The translations under genes were made by a program, and so were the position numbers. Positions 1-14,000 of a stretch of 64,000 bases of DNA are shown here, in pieces. Under the pieces are notes generated by a model that was given only the letters and a program-made list of their open reading frames with translations, had not been told where the DNA came from and did no database searches. The stretch comes from Lama glama (Eukaryota): NCBI GenBank assembly GCA_028534125.1, contig CM052817.1, positions 89,220,001 to 89,284,000 on the forward strand, in the 5' to 3' direction. Within the stretch, counting starts at the first letter, position 1. Each line of letters begins with the position of its first letter.

Positions 1-429
1 TTCTCTTTTCTTTACGTATATTTTCTTACATATATTTTCCCTAAATTAAATCTCATTTAGGGAAAATGCAACAAATTGTTTTTTTTGAAGATTGTTTCCA
101 TTGCTTAGCACAAATAATATTTGTGAGGTGGTGCTCCAGGGAATGAAGGAGACAGAGGATTTTGACTGGGTGGAAACTTTCAGCACCTCATTGAGAGAAA
201 TTTTGTGTAGACAGATACCTTTATGTGTTCCAAAGTATGTGAGGAGTTGTCAATGGATACAAGGTCAAGTAGATTTAGGAATCTCTCAGTTATTAAGTAA
301 ACAAGTTTCTATCATTGACATCTTCTTAGAGCTTTAAAGAAACAAATTTGAGCACAAATGAGAGGATAGCAAGACAAAAAATGTAGAGAAACAAATGAGG
401 AATGTTTTATAAGTGAAGTGAAACGATAA

Positions 430-600
430 GGTCAGGATTTAAATCTGTTGAACAGCAGATTACCTTGGATGAAAGTCTTAATTTCTCTAGCCCTATTGCC
501 CAATTAATTTAAAAAACCCAAAATTTATACCTACCTTTCAGGGGTTTTGTGAGATTTATCAAAATATTAGAAAAAAAGTAAATATAATTTATGAGCATTA
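430..600 (+). mobile_element. MIR SINE remnant
   Basis: Degenerate MIR core (accttggatgaaagtcttaatttctctag...atacctacctttcaggggttttgtgagatt). Confidence 0.55.
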
Positions 601-1014
601 ATAATAACAATAAACCTAATCTTCCGTGTATATTATTAAACTTAATACTAGCAAAACAAATCTGTAGATATTGTTTTCTACTCTAATAGAATCTTAAGGA
701 AGGTAAACATAATTTTTCTTTTTATTTTTTCCATTGTATAGTATATCCTAGTGTCTAAAAGTATATATGAGTCGGAACTCAATAATTTTCTTAATGAAGC
801 GAATGACAAAGTGAGAAAACACTATTAAATTCTATGCGGTTTGATTCCAGAATCTCTGATCTCATTCACAGTATGCTGTAGATTTCAGCAAAAAGTGTAG
901 TTATTTTTGTTTTTGTTTTTATTTTTCCTTTGAGGATATACAGCTTTTAAAATCAGAAATTTTACACAATTAAACAAATGCATTTTATTCTGCTTCTGTG
1001 AAATTCTTATATTT

Positions 1015-1130
1015 AGTCATTTATTTATCAAACATTTATTGAATGATGACTATGTATGATATACTGAGCTAGAAACTGAAAACTATACAGAAATGAAAGA
1101 CAAAGTTCCTGCTTTCAGCCCTGGTATAAA
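1015..1130 (-). mobile_element. L2 LINE 3' end
   Basis: tcatttatttatcaaacatttattgaatgatgactatgt... resembles the reverse complement of the L2 3' terminus. Confidence 0.6.
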
Positions 1131-1749
1131 GGAAAAGAGCAGCATGTAAACAACTACTTATTATCATAGTTCAAGTGCTCATTTATTGTTTGCTGGATAC
1201 ACTATATTCTTAGCACTGCACTATGAACTGATGAGATAATGAGGAAGAACAGCTAAACATTTTGATGTGGTTTATTAAAAAAAAGAGCAGAAAACTTTGA
1301 GAAAAGAAAAGCACATAATTAAAAGGATCATAAGCAGCAAGTTCAAAAAATGGGTTGGTCATTTCTGAAACCACCTGTATGTGTAGCATGAAAAGAAAAT
1401 AGAAAGCTGCTTGTGCCTACAATTACTGATCATCTGTGAAGTGCATGGCATGTAGTGAGACCTTAAAAATATTGTTTTAATCAGTGAATGATGGATGCTA
1501 TAAATAATTACTTGTAAGGAGCTGGAAGTGGAAGGGATTTAGTTTGGGAAAATATTTTTTAATCTTCATTTTGCATCCTTTTTAATTTGGGAAAAAAGGT
1601 TACTTCCAAAAGCCATTATCAGTTAATGGTTCTACAATTATTGGAATGTTATAATCAGAATAATTAATCCTGAGTTGACCAAATTTGATATAAAATGGTG
1701 TATAATATGTGCATTCCCTTTTCTAAAAACAAAACAAAACAAAAACTCA

Positions 1750-3124
1750 GGAATACTTGCGGTAGGTCACACAGTAGGCCACCAAAAAAGTCTCAATAAA
1801 TTTAAGAGGATGAAAAGTACATCAAGCATTTTTCTGACCACAATGGTATGAAACTAAAAATCAATTACAGAAAGAAAAACTGGAAAAGAACAAACACTTG
1901 GAGACTGAACAACACACTACTAAAAAATCCAGTGGGTCAATGAAGAAATCAAAGAGGAAATCAGAAAATACCTTGAAACAAAAGAAAATGGAAACACAGA
2001 ACTCCAAAGTCTATAGAATGCAGCAAAAAGCAGTTCTAAGAAGGAAGTTTACAGCAATACAGGCCTTCCTCAAGAAAGAAGAGAAATCTTAAATAACAAC
2101 TTAATCTATCACCTAGAGGAATTAGAAAAGTGGAAAGAAAAAAAACCCCAAAAGTCAGCAGAAAGAAGGAAATAATGAAGACTAGAATAAATATAAATTC
2201 AATTAAAGTCAAAAATAACAAAAGATCAATAAAACCAAGAGCTGGTTTTTTGAAAGGATAAACAAAATTGATAAACATTTAGCCAGGCTCACCAGGAAGA
2301 GAAGAGAGAGGACCCAAATGAACAAAATAAGAAATGAGAGAGGAGAAATAACAACTGTTATCACAGAAATACAAAAAATCATGAGACCACTGTGAACAGT
2401 TATATGCCAACAAATTGAACAACTTGGAAGAAATGAATAAATTTCTAGAAACATACCGTCTGCCATGACTGAACCAAGAAGAAACAGACTCTTTGAACTG
2501 ACTGATCACTCATAGGGAAATTGAATTAAAAAACAAACAAACAAAACTCCCCGCAAACAAAAGTCCAGGATTGGAGGGCTTCAAGGGGGAATTCTACCAA
2601 ACATATAAAGAAGAACTAATTCCTATCCTTTTCAAACTATTCTAAAAAATTGAAGAGAACAGAAGACTCCTAAATTCATTCTATGAGGGTACCATTACCC
2701 TAATACCAAAAACCAGTCAAAGACACTACAAAAACAAAATTACAGGCCAATATATTTGAATATACATGCAGAGATCTTCAAGAAACTATTAGTAAACTGT
2801 ATCCAACAATTGGCCAAAAACCATGATCTAGTTGGATTTATTCCAGGAACACAAGGTTGGTTCAACATTCACAAATCAGTCAATGTGATACACCTCAGTA
2901 ACCGAATGGAGGATAAAAATCACACAATCATCTCATTTTCCACAGAAAAGGCACTTGACAAAACTCAGTATTCGTTCATGATTAAAAACTATCATCAAAG
3001 TGAGTATAGAGGGAACATATCTCAACTTAATAAAGGCCGCTTACAACAAACTCACAGCCAAAAAATACTCAATGGTGAAAAGCTAAAAGCCTTCCCACTA
3101 AATTCAGAAACAAGACAAAAATGT
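1750..3124 (+). mobile_element. L1 ORF2 fragment (end of endonuclease to start of RT), frameshifted, no 3' end
   Basis: Typical L1 ORF2 sequence; track ORF 2756 contains HDLVGFIPGTQGWFNIHKSVNVIH and EKALDKTQYSFMIK, matching L1 RT-region motifs; many stops and frameshifts. Confidence 0.95.
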
Positions 3125-3404
3125 ATTAGTCTTGGCTCCAAAACAACAATCACAACTGAAAAACAAAGCAGCTCAGCTATGGCAATCTGCAGTTCTACTA
3201 AGTCTGTTTTTACCCTTGATCTCTTACTTGATTCATCACTTCTCCTGGTGTTTATACCAATGTGCCTTTTCTTAAACTCATACCTGTTTTTCAAATGGCT
3301 CATTAGACAGATGTTTCTAAGATTACATTGACATTTTCCTAAATAATGCCTGTTTGGTAAAATTTCAAGTTTTATTACCACAGGTGTTCTTCTTTAGGTT
3401 TAAA

Positions 3405-3880
3405 AAAAATTTTATTGAGGTATAGTTGATTTACAATATTACACTAGTTTCAGGTATACAGCATAGTGATTCAGTATTTTTACAGTTTATACTCCATTAA
3501 AAACTATTATAAGGTAACAGCTATAATTCCTTGTTCTAAAGAATATATCCTTCTTCTTATCTATTTTATACATAGTAGCTTGTACCTCTTAGTGCCATAC
3601 CCTTAATTTGTATACACACACATATATATATAATAGAATATTACTCAGCCATAAAAAAGAATGAAATTCTGCCATTTGCAGCAAAGTGGATAGATCTAGA
3701 GAATATTATGTATACTTAGTGAAATAAGTCAGACAGAAAAAGACAAATACTGTATGATATCACTTATGGGTGAATCTAAAAAATAATATAAACAAATACA
3801 TATGCAAAACAGAAACAGACTCACAGATACAGAAAATAAACTAGTGGTACCAGAGGGGAGTGGGTGGGGCAAGTTAGGGG
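3405..3880 (-). mobile_element. 5'-truncated L1 with 5' inversion
   Basis: About 3405-3610 is the reverse complement of the L1 3' UTR end; about 3625-3880 is the upstream L1 segment on + (aatattactcagccataaaaaagaatgaaattctgccatttgcagca). Confidence 0.85.
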
Positions 3881-3989
3881 TATTATCATCATAGATTTTA
3901 GACAACTAAAATCGTATCTAAATTACAGAGAAACAAAATAAGATTGTAAGAGGGACTCCAAGGAGCAATTGTAAAGTTAACTGAATAGT

Positions 3990-4445
3990 TGGTGGATTGC
4001 AATGATGACCTTATTTCCTTACATCTGCCCTTTGTCATGCTGTGCTGCAGTTTCTCACGGTAAGGTAGAGTTTTTATCCCTAAGTATTGTGTTTGTGGTA
4101 CCCTTTGTTTGTCTTAGATAAGTGACTGAGGCAAAAATGATGGTGTGCCAGTTCTAAGCCCAGGCTTCAAGCATTGTGTGGTTTCCATTTGTACTCTTAT
4201 GCATCCACCTTCACTATGATAATAGGAAGGGGGGTGGGTAGCCAGGTAGAAGATGGGTGACAGGAGAACAGAATCTGAGGCCAGCCTAGATCAACCAACA
4301 GATCACTGATCTCAAGACATGTGAGCAAGTGCAGCCAAGATGAACAGCGCCTAGCCTATCTATTTGACTTTAGACGCAAGAGCTGTAAACTCTCACTGCC
4401 ATATGCCACTGAGTAGCACAACTGTGGTAATAGTTAACTGAAATG
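3990..4445 (+). mobile_element. MaLR LTR (MLT1H/I/J-like)
   Basis: gtgccagttctaagcccaggcttcaag and terminal ...gtaatagttaactga resemble MLT1 LTRs. Confidence 0.7.
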
Positions 4446-5275
4446 ACATTAATAAAACAGAATCAGATTATGCTACTCCAAAGACTCCATCTACAACAGG
4501 CAGGCTTTTGAACATATGCCCTTGCATCTTCTGCAATATTTTAGAGACTCTACATATACTTTTGGACCATATTGTCTAAGAAGTCCTCTCCCAGAACAAC
4601 ATACATGGATATATATCAATAGTGTTTGTTTCTCTCATTCCCCCTTTTTTAATGTATCCAAATGAACAAATTTGGTGTACAGGTGTGCCATTTACGACAT
4701 GTATATATCAGAGATAGAATTCTTCAGAGAAAATGAATCACACACATATGCACACATGTATGTATGTCTGAAATACAGTAGTATTCTTATCATTTCCAAA
4801 AAATGTCATTTATTTTCAAAATATGTCCCTTTAGCTTGTGCCAGTGTTTTCGACTAATTTGGACAACTTTATGACCTTTTTTTTTTTTGCCTTTTGAAAT
4901 CTTACTTATACTACATTCATTTTACATTAAACTCCTCAGATGAGTGTTGTTTAGCAACTATGTACTTCTGAAGTGTACAAGATTTAACAATTTAGATGTC
5001 TAGTATCCTTTAAGTTCTTAGCTCATTAAGAGAATGACTAAATCTTTTTCTTTATACTCCCTTTGCTGTCCTCCTTGGCCGTCTTTCTGTCCCCTAGCAT
5101 AGGAATGAACCAATACACTCAGAAAATATAATAAGTGTGGTAACCTCAGTTTATTCTTGAAAGTTAATTTGGTACATAATTTGAGAAACTTACGTCTTGG
5201 ATTTTATTGTTTCCAGGCAGTTTAAGCTCATCATGTCATTGATTCAGAGTTAATGATGCCAATGCATTTGGCTCC

Positions 5276-5703
5276 TGTATTAATTTCCTAGGGCTGCTAT
5301 TATAAGGTAATACCAACTGGAGGGCTTATAATGTCAAAATGTATGGTTTCACAGTTCTGGCAGCTAGAAGTCTGAAATCAAGGTGTCAGCAGAGCCATGC
5401 TCCCTCTGAGACTCTGGGTAGAATTGTTCCTTGCCTCTTCCTAGCTTCTGGTTGTGACCAGCAATCCTTTGCATTCAGTGGCTTCCAGGTGCATCTTTCC
5501 AGTCTCTGCCTCTGTCATCAGACTGTGTTCCTCTCCCTCCTTCCAAGTAGACCAGTTACATTGGATTAGGGACCACCCTAATGACCTCATTCTAATTTGA
5601 CTACATCTGCAAAGACCCTATTTCCAAGTCTAGTTACATTCAGAGGTCCAGGATTTAAGATTGTAACCTCTCATTTTGGAGGACATTTTTTCAACCCATG
5701 ACA
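5276..5703 (-). mobile_element. MaLR solo LTR (MLT1B/C-like)
   Basis: tgtattaatttcctagggctgct...cacagttctgg...tcaacccatgaca; TG...CA ends; flanks gctcc/gcccc (4/5 TSD). Confidence 0.9.
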
Positions 5704-6612
5704 GCCCCTAAGTTCCAGCTGATGTTTGCCCAGCCTTATATGCAGAATCATTAAGAACAAAAATAAGTAGTGAAACTCTAGAGAGTAAGCTTGTTCTTCT
5801 GAAGTATAATGTTAGACATTTTTTCCTGTCAGGCTATAGTAAGGCCCACCTAGGAAATCAGCGCTGATATTTGCAAACAAGAGGAACTATTAGCCATTAA
5901 TGACGTTAAAAGGAAAGGGTACTAAAGATGGAGGTTTTTCACAAACCGCAGAAAAACCATCAACAATGTATGGATGGTTTGACAAGCAGCCAAATGTCCA
6001 CAGCAGTTATTAGCTAAAAATTCATAATCTACTAATTGCCTAGATTAGTCCATGTGTACCTGTCAATCAAATCTTATAGACAGACACCTCTATAGGAACA
6101 TCAACAATCTTAGATAACCAATCTTAGCAATCATACAAACGAGTTACATACAAATAGTGCTCAGCTATTAAGAATAAAAATAACATAATACTCATTTTGT
6201 GACTCATCAGTTGAATAACTTGACATATGAGCGTAACTTATGCAGATTAGAAAATGATTCTTCATTACCAATTCAAAAACATATAATTTTAATAGAATTC
6301 TTCAGATACTGTTAGTGAAGTAATCAATGACTATTGGAATTAAATCAGTATCATGAATGGTCTAGCCTTCCATAACATTTTTAATACATCATTTAAGATA
6401 TGTGATGTATAAGACTAGTCTCACTTAGTAAAGTCATATAAAGACATATAGGGTGCACTGAAGTACATGTGTTGATTTGAAAGGGTTGTAAGCCATCACC
6501 TTTAAGAAAAATTTAAGAAATAAGGTAGTGGGTAGTGATATGACCATAACAATATCAATGTATTTGGTATCCCCATCATTAAAGTTTCTTGATGACTTTT
6601 TAAAAATTAGGT

Positions 6613-7476
<864 letters not shown>

Positions 7477-7976
7477 NNNNNNNNNNNNNNNNNNNNNNNN
7501 NNNNNNNNNNNNNNNNNNNNNNNNNNNNNNNNNNNNNNNNNNNNNNNNNNNNNNNNNNNNNNNNNNNNNNNNNNNNNNNNNNNNNNNNNNNNNNNNNNNN
7601 NNNNNNNNNNNNNNNNNNNNNNNNNNNNNNNNNNNNNNNNNNNNNNNNNNNNNNNNNNNNNNNNNNNNNNNNNNNNNNNNNNNNNNNNNNNNNNNNNNNN
7701 NNNNNNNNNNNNNNNNNNNNNNNNNNNNNNNNNNNNNNNNNNNNNNNNNNNNNNNNNNNNNNNNNNNNNNNNNNNNNNNNNNNNNNNNNNNNNNNNNNNN
7801 NNNNNNNNNNNNNNNNNNNNNNNNNNNNNNNNNNNNNNNNNNNNNNNNNNNNNNNNNNNNNNNNNNNNNNNNNNNNNNNNNNNNNNNNNNNNNNNNNNNN
7901 NNNNNNNNNNNNNNNNNNNNNNNNNNNNNNNNNNNNNNNNNNNNNNNNNNNNNNNNNNNNNNNNNNNNNNNNNNNN
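7477..7976. other. Assembly gap (500 N)
   Basis: Run of N. Confidence 1.
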
Positions 7977-8988
7977 CTTATGTATATGCAGGATTGATAG
8001 AAACTGTATGACTACAACTTAACATATTGTAATGAGATGAAGAACTAGACACAAAATTAGCTAGTTAACATCTCATGCCCTATAAGATATTCAATAAAAT
8101 TAGGAAAGAAAAAAAAAAAGTTTACCAAAGAGAAAATGTGTGCAAATAAAGAGACCTTGATAGGGCCTCCAAAAGTGCCTTGGTATTGATCATTTCAAGG
8201 CCTGAAATACATAATTAAGAAAAAAGTCAATGTTATTTAGTAACAAATACAATTCTGTGAAAGGTTCCTATTTATTTTTCAGCTCTTCATATATTATCGT
8301 ATTGAGTTTCTAGGTGACTCTAAATCTACTTATAAATTTTGTGAGTTAAAAGCTCAAAAGAAACTCATTGACTTAAACAATTCAAATTAAATTTACATGT
8401 AGAGTCACTAGAGAAAATTACTGTGAAACATTTTTCAAATTTCAAATAAAAAAATGTAACATAAGAATTGAATAAAAAATTCCTAGTACATAATCAATCT
8501 CTCTTCAATTGGCTATGCTATAGTTAATTATGCTCCATGTTTTCCCATTGCCTTGATGTGTTAAAAACAATGTGTTATTTTTTTAAATGAAGCACCAGGT
8601 GTCCTGATACTATGTATAATGATACACAATTTCCCTTTGTTTTACCTAATAAGTTTCCAGCTGAAGTCCATCCAAACTTTCATGATAGTTACAATATATC
8701 CTGTCCTTTCCAGCTTGACACAATATTATATCTAATACTCATATCATGTCTTATAAATTTATGACATAAAAAATGCTCAAACAGAGCTGTAAGCTATTTC
8801 TCTTTCACTATGCTGTTGTCTTTAGTCTAACTTTAAAAATAAACATTTAAATTTTGCAGTTAAGGGCTATCAGTAAGGTTATCGTAATTTAATATAAAAT
8901 GTGTAGGTTTCAATTGAAAGGAGAAAGTATTTAAAAATTAACTGTATATAATGTATCAATTCAGTAAAGTAACAATTTCTTTCATAAC

Positions 8989-9541
8989 TGTTCTTCTTGT
9001 TACTATTGTTGTATAGCAAAATATCCAAAAATTTCTGACATAAAACAACCATTTTATTCTCATAAATTCTGTGGGCCTGGAATTTGGACAAGAAACCAAT
9101 GAAATCCCTGTTTCTTCCCTACCATGTCTGGAGCCTCACCTGGGAGTATATGAAATCTGAAATTATCTGGAGGCAGTTTTATTCATATGTTTAGTGCCCA
9201 GGTTATAATAATGCAAAGGTTTAACTCTGCTAGAAGTCTCAACAAGGCTATCTATACAAGACTTTGCTATGTGGCTTGGATTCCTCACAGAATGTCAACT
9301 TCAAGGCAGTCAGATATCTTACTTAGCAGCTGAGGGCTACAGCATAAATGTTAATACAGATAAGATGGGAGCTGCATGGCCTTTTATGGCTAACCTTGGA
9401 AGTCATACAGTGTAACTTCTGTCACACACTATTGCTTGAGACAGTTATAAGTCCACTCACTCACAAGGACAGGAGACACAGACATGGCCTTTCAATAACA
9501 GGAGAGCCAAAGTATTTAAAGCCATTTTTTAAAATTCTACA
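8989..9541 (-). mobile_element. MaLR LTR (MLT1F/G/H-like)
   Basis: taaaacaaccattttattctcataaattctgtggg...ccttggaagtcatacagtgtaacttctgtcacacactattg. Confidence 0.75.
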
Positions 9542-10059
9542 ATTTCTACATAGAATTGTTTTAGGTATTGCAGCCCTGTGCTTCGGGAAATTGTCAGAAT
9601 TAGTAGAATATTTAAAACTGACACAGAATCTCAGATCATCAAATTTCAATCTCCCATAGTTACATGTGAGAAAGCTAACGATTAGAGAAGCAAAATAACT
9701 CATCTTTTGGAAAAAACATAGATGCTAGATAGACAGACAGACTGGGAGAGCAAAGACTATAAACCACATATAATATTTTAAGAGCTACATCTTATTTAGA
9801 TCTCACCGATGATATTATTAACAACATTTCTGAGAGCTGAGTTGACTACAGTCATGAGGCCAACTGCATGGCACCATGGTGATGGCTTTCCTTCCACCAA
9901 GCCCATTTTGTCACACAGCTTAGTCAGCCTCCCTGTGAGGAGATGACACCAAGCTGCCTGTTTGTTCTGTAAGAGCTCTAGTGCAGGTGCTTATTAGACA
10001 CTAAAGATACTTTAGCTCCTTAACATTATTTGGGCCATCAGCAAAGGAGTATTAGGGAC

Positions 10060-10850
10060 TGGATATACTGTTCTGAAAAAAACAACTGTCCTAAACCTGA
10101 AACAAACAAAAATATAAGATATATAAACAAGGGTATCAAGATCTGCACAGGGACTCCACTTAAGTGTTCATCATGGTAGTGATCAGAACATGCCCATGAG
10201 CAGACTGTGTGACTGAGGAAAAAGCCATCCAAAAGCATTAGAGGAAAAGTACGTGGCCCTCACACAGGGCCAGGAGCAGTGCCTGTTCCCACCCACCAGG
10301 TTGGAAAACCTCATAATTCAAGGGGGTTTCGGTAGAGTATGCAGAATCGTCTTATCTAAGTCACGGCAAACAGTCAGCCCTAGATTAAATGCTCTTGTCG
10401 TCTTGCCTAACAAATCTTTAAAAGCAAGACCTGAAATACTCAAACTGTTTCCAAGTAGCTTAATTGCGTACCAGACCGAGGCTTCAGAATATAGAAATAC
10501 AAAAATATCCAGCACAAACAAGGCATAATATACAATGACTAGGATCTAGTAAAAAATTACCAGGTACTTAAAGGCACAGGAAAATACAATCCTGATGAAG
10601 AGAAAAGTCAACCAGTTAAAATTTACACAGATGTTAGAATTAGTAGGCATGGACATTAAAACAAGTGTTAGATTATATTCCATGTGTTTTAAAACTCAAG
10701 TAGAGCCAACTAAGATGTCAAAAGAAAATCTAAATTGAAATTCTTGACATGAAAACTATAATACCTGAGGTGAAAAATACACTGAATTTGATTAAAAACA
10801 GAGTCAATATTGCAGAAGAAAAGATTAGTAAACTTGAAGTAAAAGCAATG
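10060..10850 (+). mobile_element. Ancient L1M 5' UTR/ORF1 fragment (L1MC/MD-like)
   Basis: aaagccatccaaaagcattagagg...aaaaatacactgaat...gcagaagaaaagattagtaaacttgaag resemble old L1 ORF1 coiled-coil region. Confidence 0.7.
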
Positions 10851-11599
10851 AACAGTATTTGCTATTGATTATTATGTTTGTCTCACCTGTGGACTTAAAA
10901 ATAAGAATATTATATGTTTATAGGACCACTAGAAGAAATGAGTCTAGTTCCTAAAACATTACATGGCAGAAAGCTTCAACAGACAAGAAAAACTACATTA
11001 AAGGCACACACACACACAATATAAATATATATTGTTAAACCACTGAAATATTGTGATTTATTCATTTCAAAAGTTACCAGCTTTCTAGCTAACATGGCAG
11101 TAATATTTGTAACATTCTTAGAAATTTCAGACATTTTTCTAGAAACTTCAGTTGAAATTGTGTAATTTGCTCTGCAAATTTTACAGAAAAAATTAAATCA
11201 TGCAATATATTTTATATTAGACTTAATGATTTTGGATAACTAGCTCAATTATATTACAAGAGCTACCAGAACCTATAGTAGATATAATGTGTATTAGTAA
11301 AGGAAAAGTTTTAGTCTAATTCTGTATAGTTCTAAAATTCTTACTAACTAGAAATAAAGACAGATGTATGGAAGAATACTTAAAATGTACTAAAATGAAG
11401 TACATGATTCTGGCATCAAACTGTGATCTTGCACAAGTTTTGTTTTTTTTTAATCTCCCTAAACTCATTTTTTGATCTAGACAAAGAGGAGATACTATAA
11501 ACATATGTATAAATAAACAAGAAAGGGATTCCTTGCTTATATAGCTCAAATGCAACCAAAGTCTTGAACATCAAGAAGATGGTAACCAGTAATAATGTT

Positions 11600-12000
11600 C
11601 ATTTATTCATTCAGTCCACTTGATTTGATTGTTTAGTTTAATGAGTGAAGATTATTAGGCACTGTGATGTTTTCTGGGAAGCAATAAAGGGGAAGATCAT
11701 CTCTGTCCCTAAACAGCTGTTAATCAATTGGCGCTAATTCCAATACAATGCATGTATGCCCAGGGTGCGATGGGAGGAAGCATTCTGCGTGGGCAAGTAT
11801 TTCTTTCCTGGAATCAGAGTAGAGTTCAGAGAAAAGACAATAACTGAGCCTCAGCTTGAAGAAGGAGTAGTAGTAGGTTTTGTGAAACATCACAAGCATA
11901 GGCTACTTAAATATGATCATATTGTGTTGAAGAACAAAAAGTTGTTTAGTTGTTTAACTAAAGCTTATAGATGAAATGGCAGGGAGTTAACCATAGATCA
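11600..12000 (-). mobile_element. L2 LINE fragment
   Basis: ttcatttattcattca start followed by purine-rich L2-like sequence (gagcctcagcttgaagaaggagtag). Confidence 0.5.
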
Positions 12001-13779
12001 TTGTGGGCATGTGCGGTCACCTTGAGTCTGGGGGAAGATGTAGACCTTTTCTTTGTAACCTGTAATTCTGCTGTCTATGTATATCATTTAATCTTATTGT
12101 GACAGCTGTGTTTTTCACAAATCCTATTTATTTTGTGATCTACTAAAATCTATAGGTCATGCTGAGCACAATGATGATTTCTTTCCCCAAGACCTTAGAC
12201 TCCCAGTGAAGGAGTGAATCTGCAAAGTAGTCCATACTTCCCAGTGTAGTGAAGTATGACTGATGTGTATATCATACACCTTAATGTTAACAAAGTAATC
12301 AACAAAATAGGTAAATACATATAATAACTAGGTATACTATATAATATATATATCACTCTCTAATAAAGTTGTGGCCAACCCATTGTTTAAATTCCAAATT
12401 AATACAAATAATGAACAAGTCAAGTTAATTCAAGGTTTCCCTGCTATTTTTCATCTTCCTTACATACTCAGGCATCCTAAGCAAGCAGAAATATGTCCGT
12501 TAAGTCTATCTGTAAAATCAAGTTTTGCCCTGATTTCATCTCTGAATAAGTTTTTTATCTGTTCTCAGCACTTTGGGATTTCAATGGGACTTGACTTTAG
12601 ATAAAAACTGTATTATAAAAGCTGTAACTAACTGCATTGTAAACAAAAGTTGAAATAGGAAAAAGTCTCTTACAGGAAGACAATATCTAGTTTAACCTGA
12701 TAAAGTGTATTAATATATTGGGAAATAATGTATCATGCACAAAGTTTAGTCAGACTTGCAGACATAAGTGTAGACTACTGAAATCAAAACTGTTACCATC
12801 CACACAAATACTACCCTGGATAAAGTGAGCATAAATGAACAGAATTTAAGTATCTCATTCTCTTTAGACATATCCTAGTCTGATGTCATTAAAATATTGA
12901 CTTATTCAGCTCCTGTTATGTAATTCAATGTTCAGCAAGCAATGTTATAATTTTAAAATAGTTCTCTATGTTGATTTTTCCTGAGAGAGAGAAAAATGAA
13001 TACTGGTCATGTGACCATTATTTCTGGTCCAAGTACAGTTTTATTTATCCAGGTATGATAGTAAACTGAAATTCTGATTTTATTTATTAAAGGATATAGT
13101 AAATATGCCCCTCCCTCAAGAAGGAGCTCACTCTTCTGTCTGCACACAAAACAGAGTTCTCAGCAGGCATACAGGGCACACTTGAATCTTGGTAAGCACG
13201 TCATAATAACTTAGCCTCCATAATTCTCTTAGAAAGTAACCATTTTTCCTTGGCGCCATATGCCTGTTTAAATTGAAAATTCTATAGCACTTAAAATATT
13301 ATCTAAATATACTGTTTGTCTATCCCTTTTGCCCACCAGTATGTAAGTTACACCTTCCCTTTCATATTCTTACCAATTACTAGTACCCCGTCGTCATTAG
13401 TTCATGGCCGTCTCATCCAACACAGCTAGATTAAATACAGCCCTTTTACTGAGGACTTGTTTTATTGTTGTTGTTAAATCTTTAACCAAAAGGTATTTTT
13501 TTAATTCCAATTTTCACTCTGCTCTTATCGAATACTTTATTTATAGATGCTTGTTACTCAGTTATCTTGGCCTGGCCACATTCTTGTTACCTTCTCTAGA
13601 TTTATAACTAATAGATTATAATGGTATTTTTTTTTTTAAATTTGAGAGACAGATCATAAGACAAAATAATGAGATTCTACATAAGAACTTAGCTTTGCAT
13701 ATATAAAAAAATTGTCGTTGCTAGTAGATGCAACACATTGCCATCAATATTCTAAGCTATTTTATTCTACTCAAATTTT

Positions 13780-14000
13780 TGTATTGATATTCACATGTGC
13801 ATAAAGAAATTCATGGTACCCTTGTTTGCAATGCCAAAAAACTCCAAAACTTAAATAGTGAGATCAATATACTATATCCATGGAATGAGATTTTACACAT
13901 CCATTAAAAAGAATAAAGTGCACCTAAAGGGAAAAATGTGGACATAGAAAAGATGTTAAAGATACATGTTTTTAAAAAATCACATTGCTAAATAATAAAT
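13780..14000 (+). mobile_element. L1ME 3' fragment
   Basis: tatatccatggaatgagattttacacatccattaaaaagaataaag, a degenerate L1 ORF2 end. Confidence 0.5.

Noticed and set aside
2756..3331. 191-aa ORF with RT-like motifs
   Set aside because: Decayed L1 ORF2 reading through into flanking DNA; not a gene.
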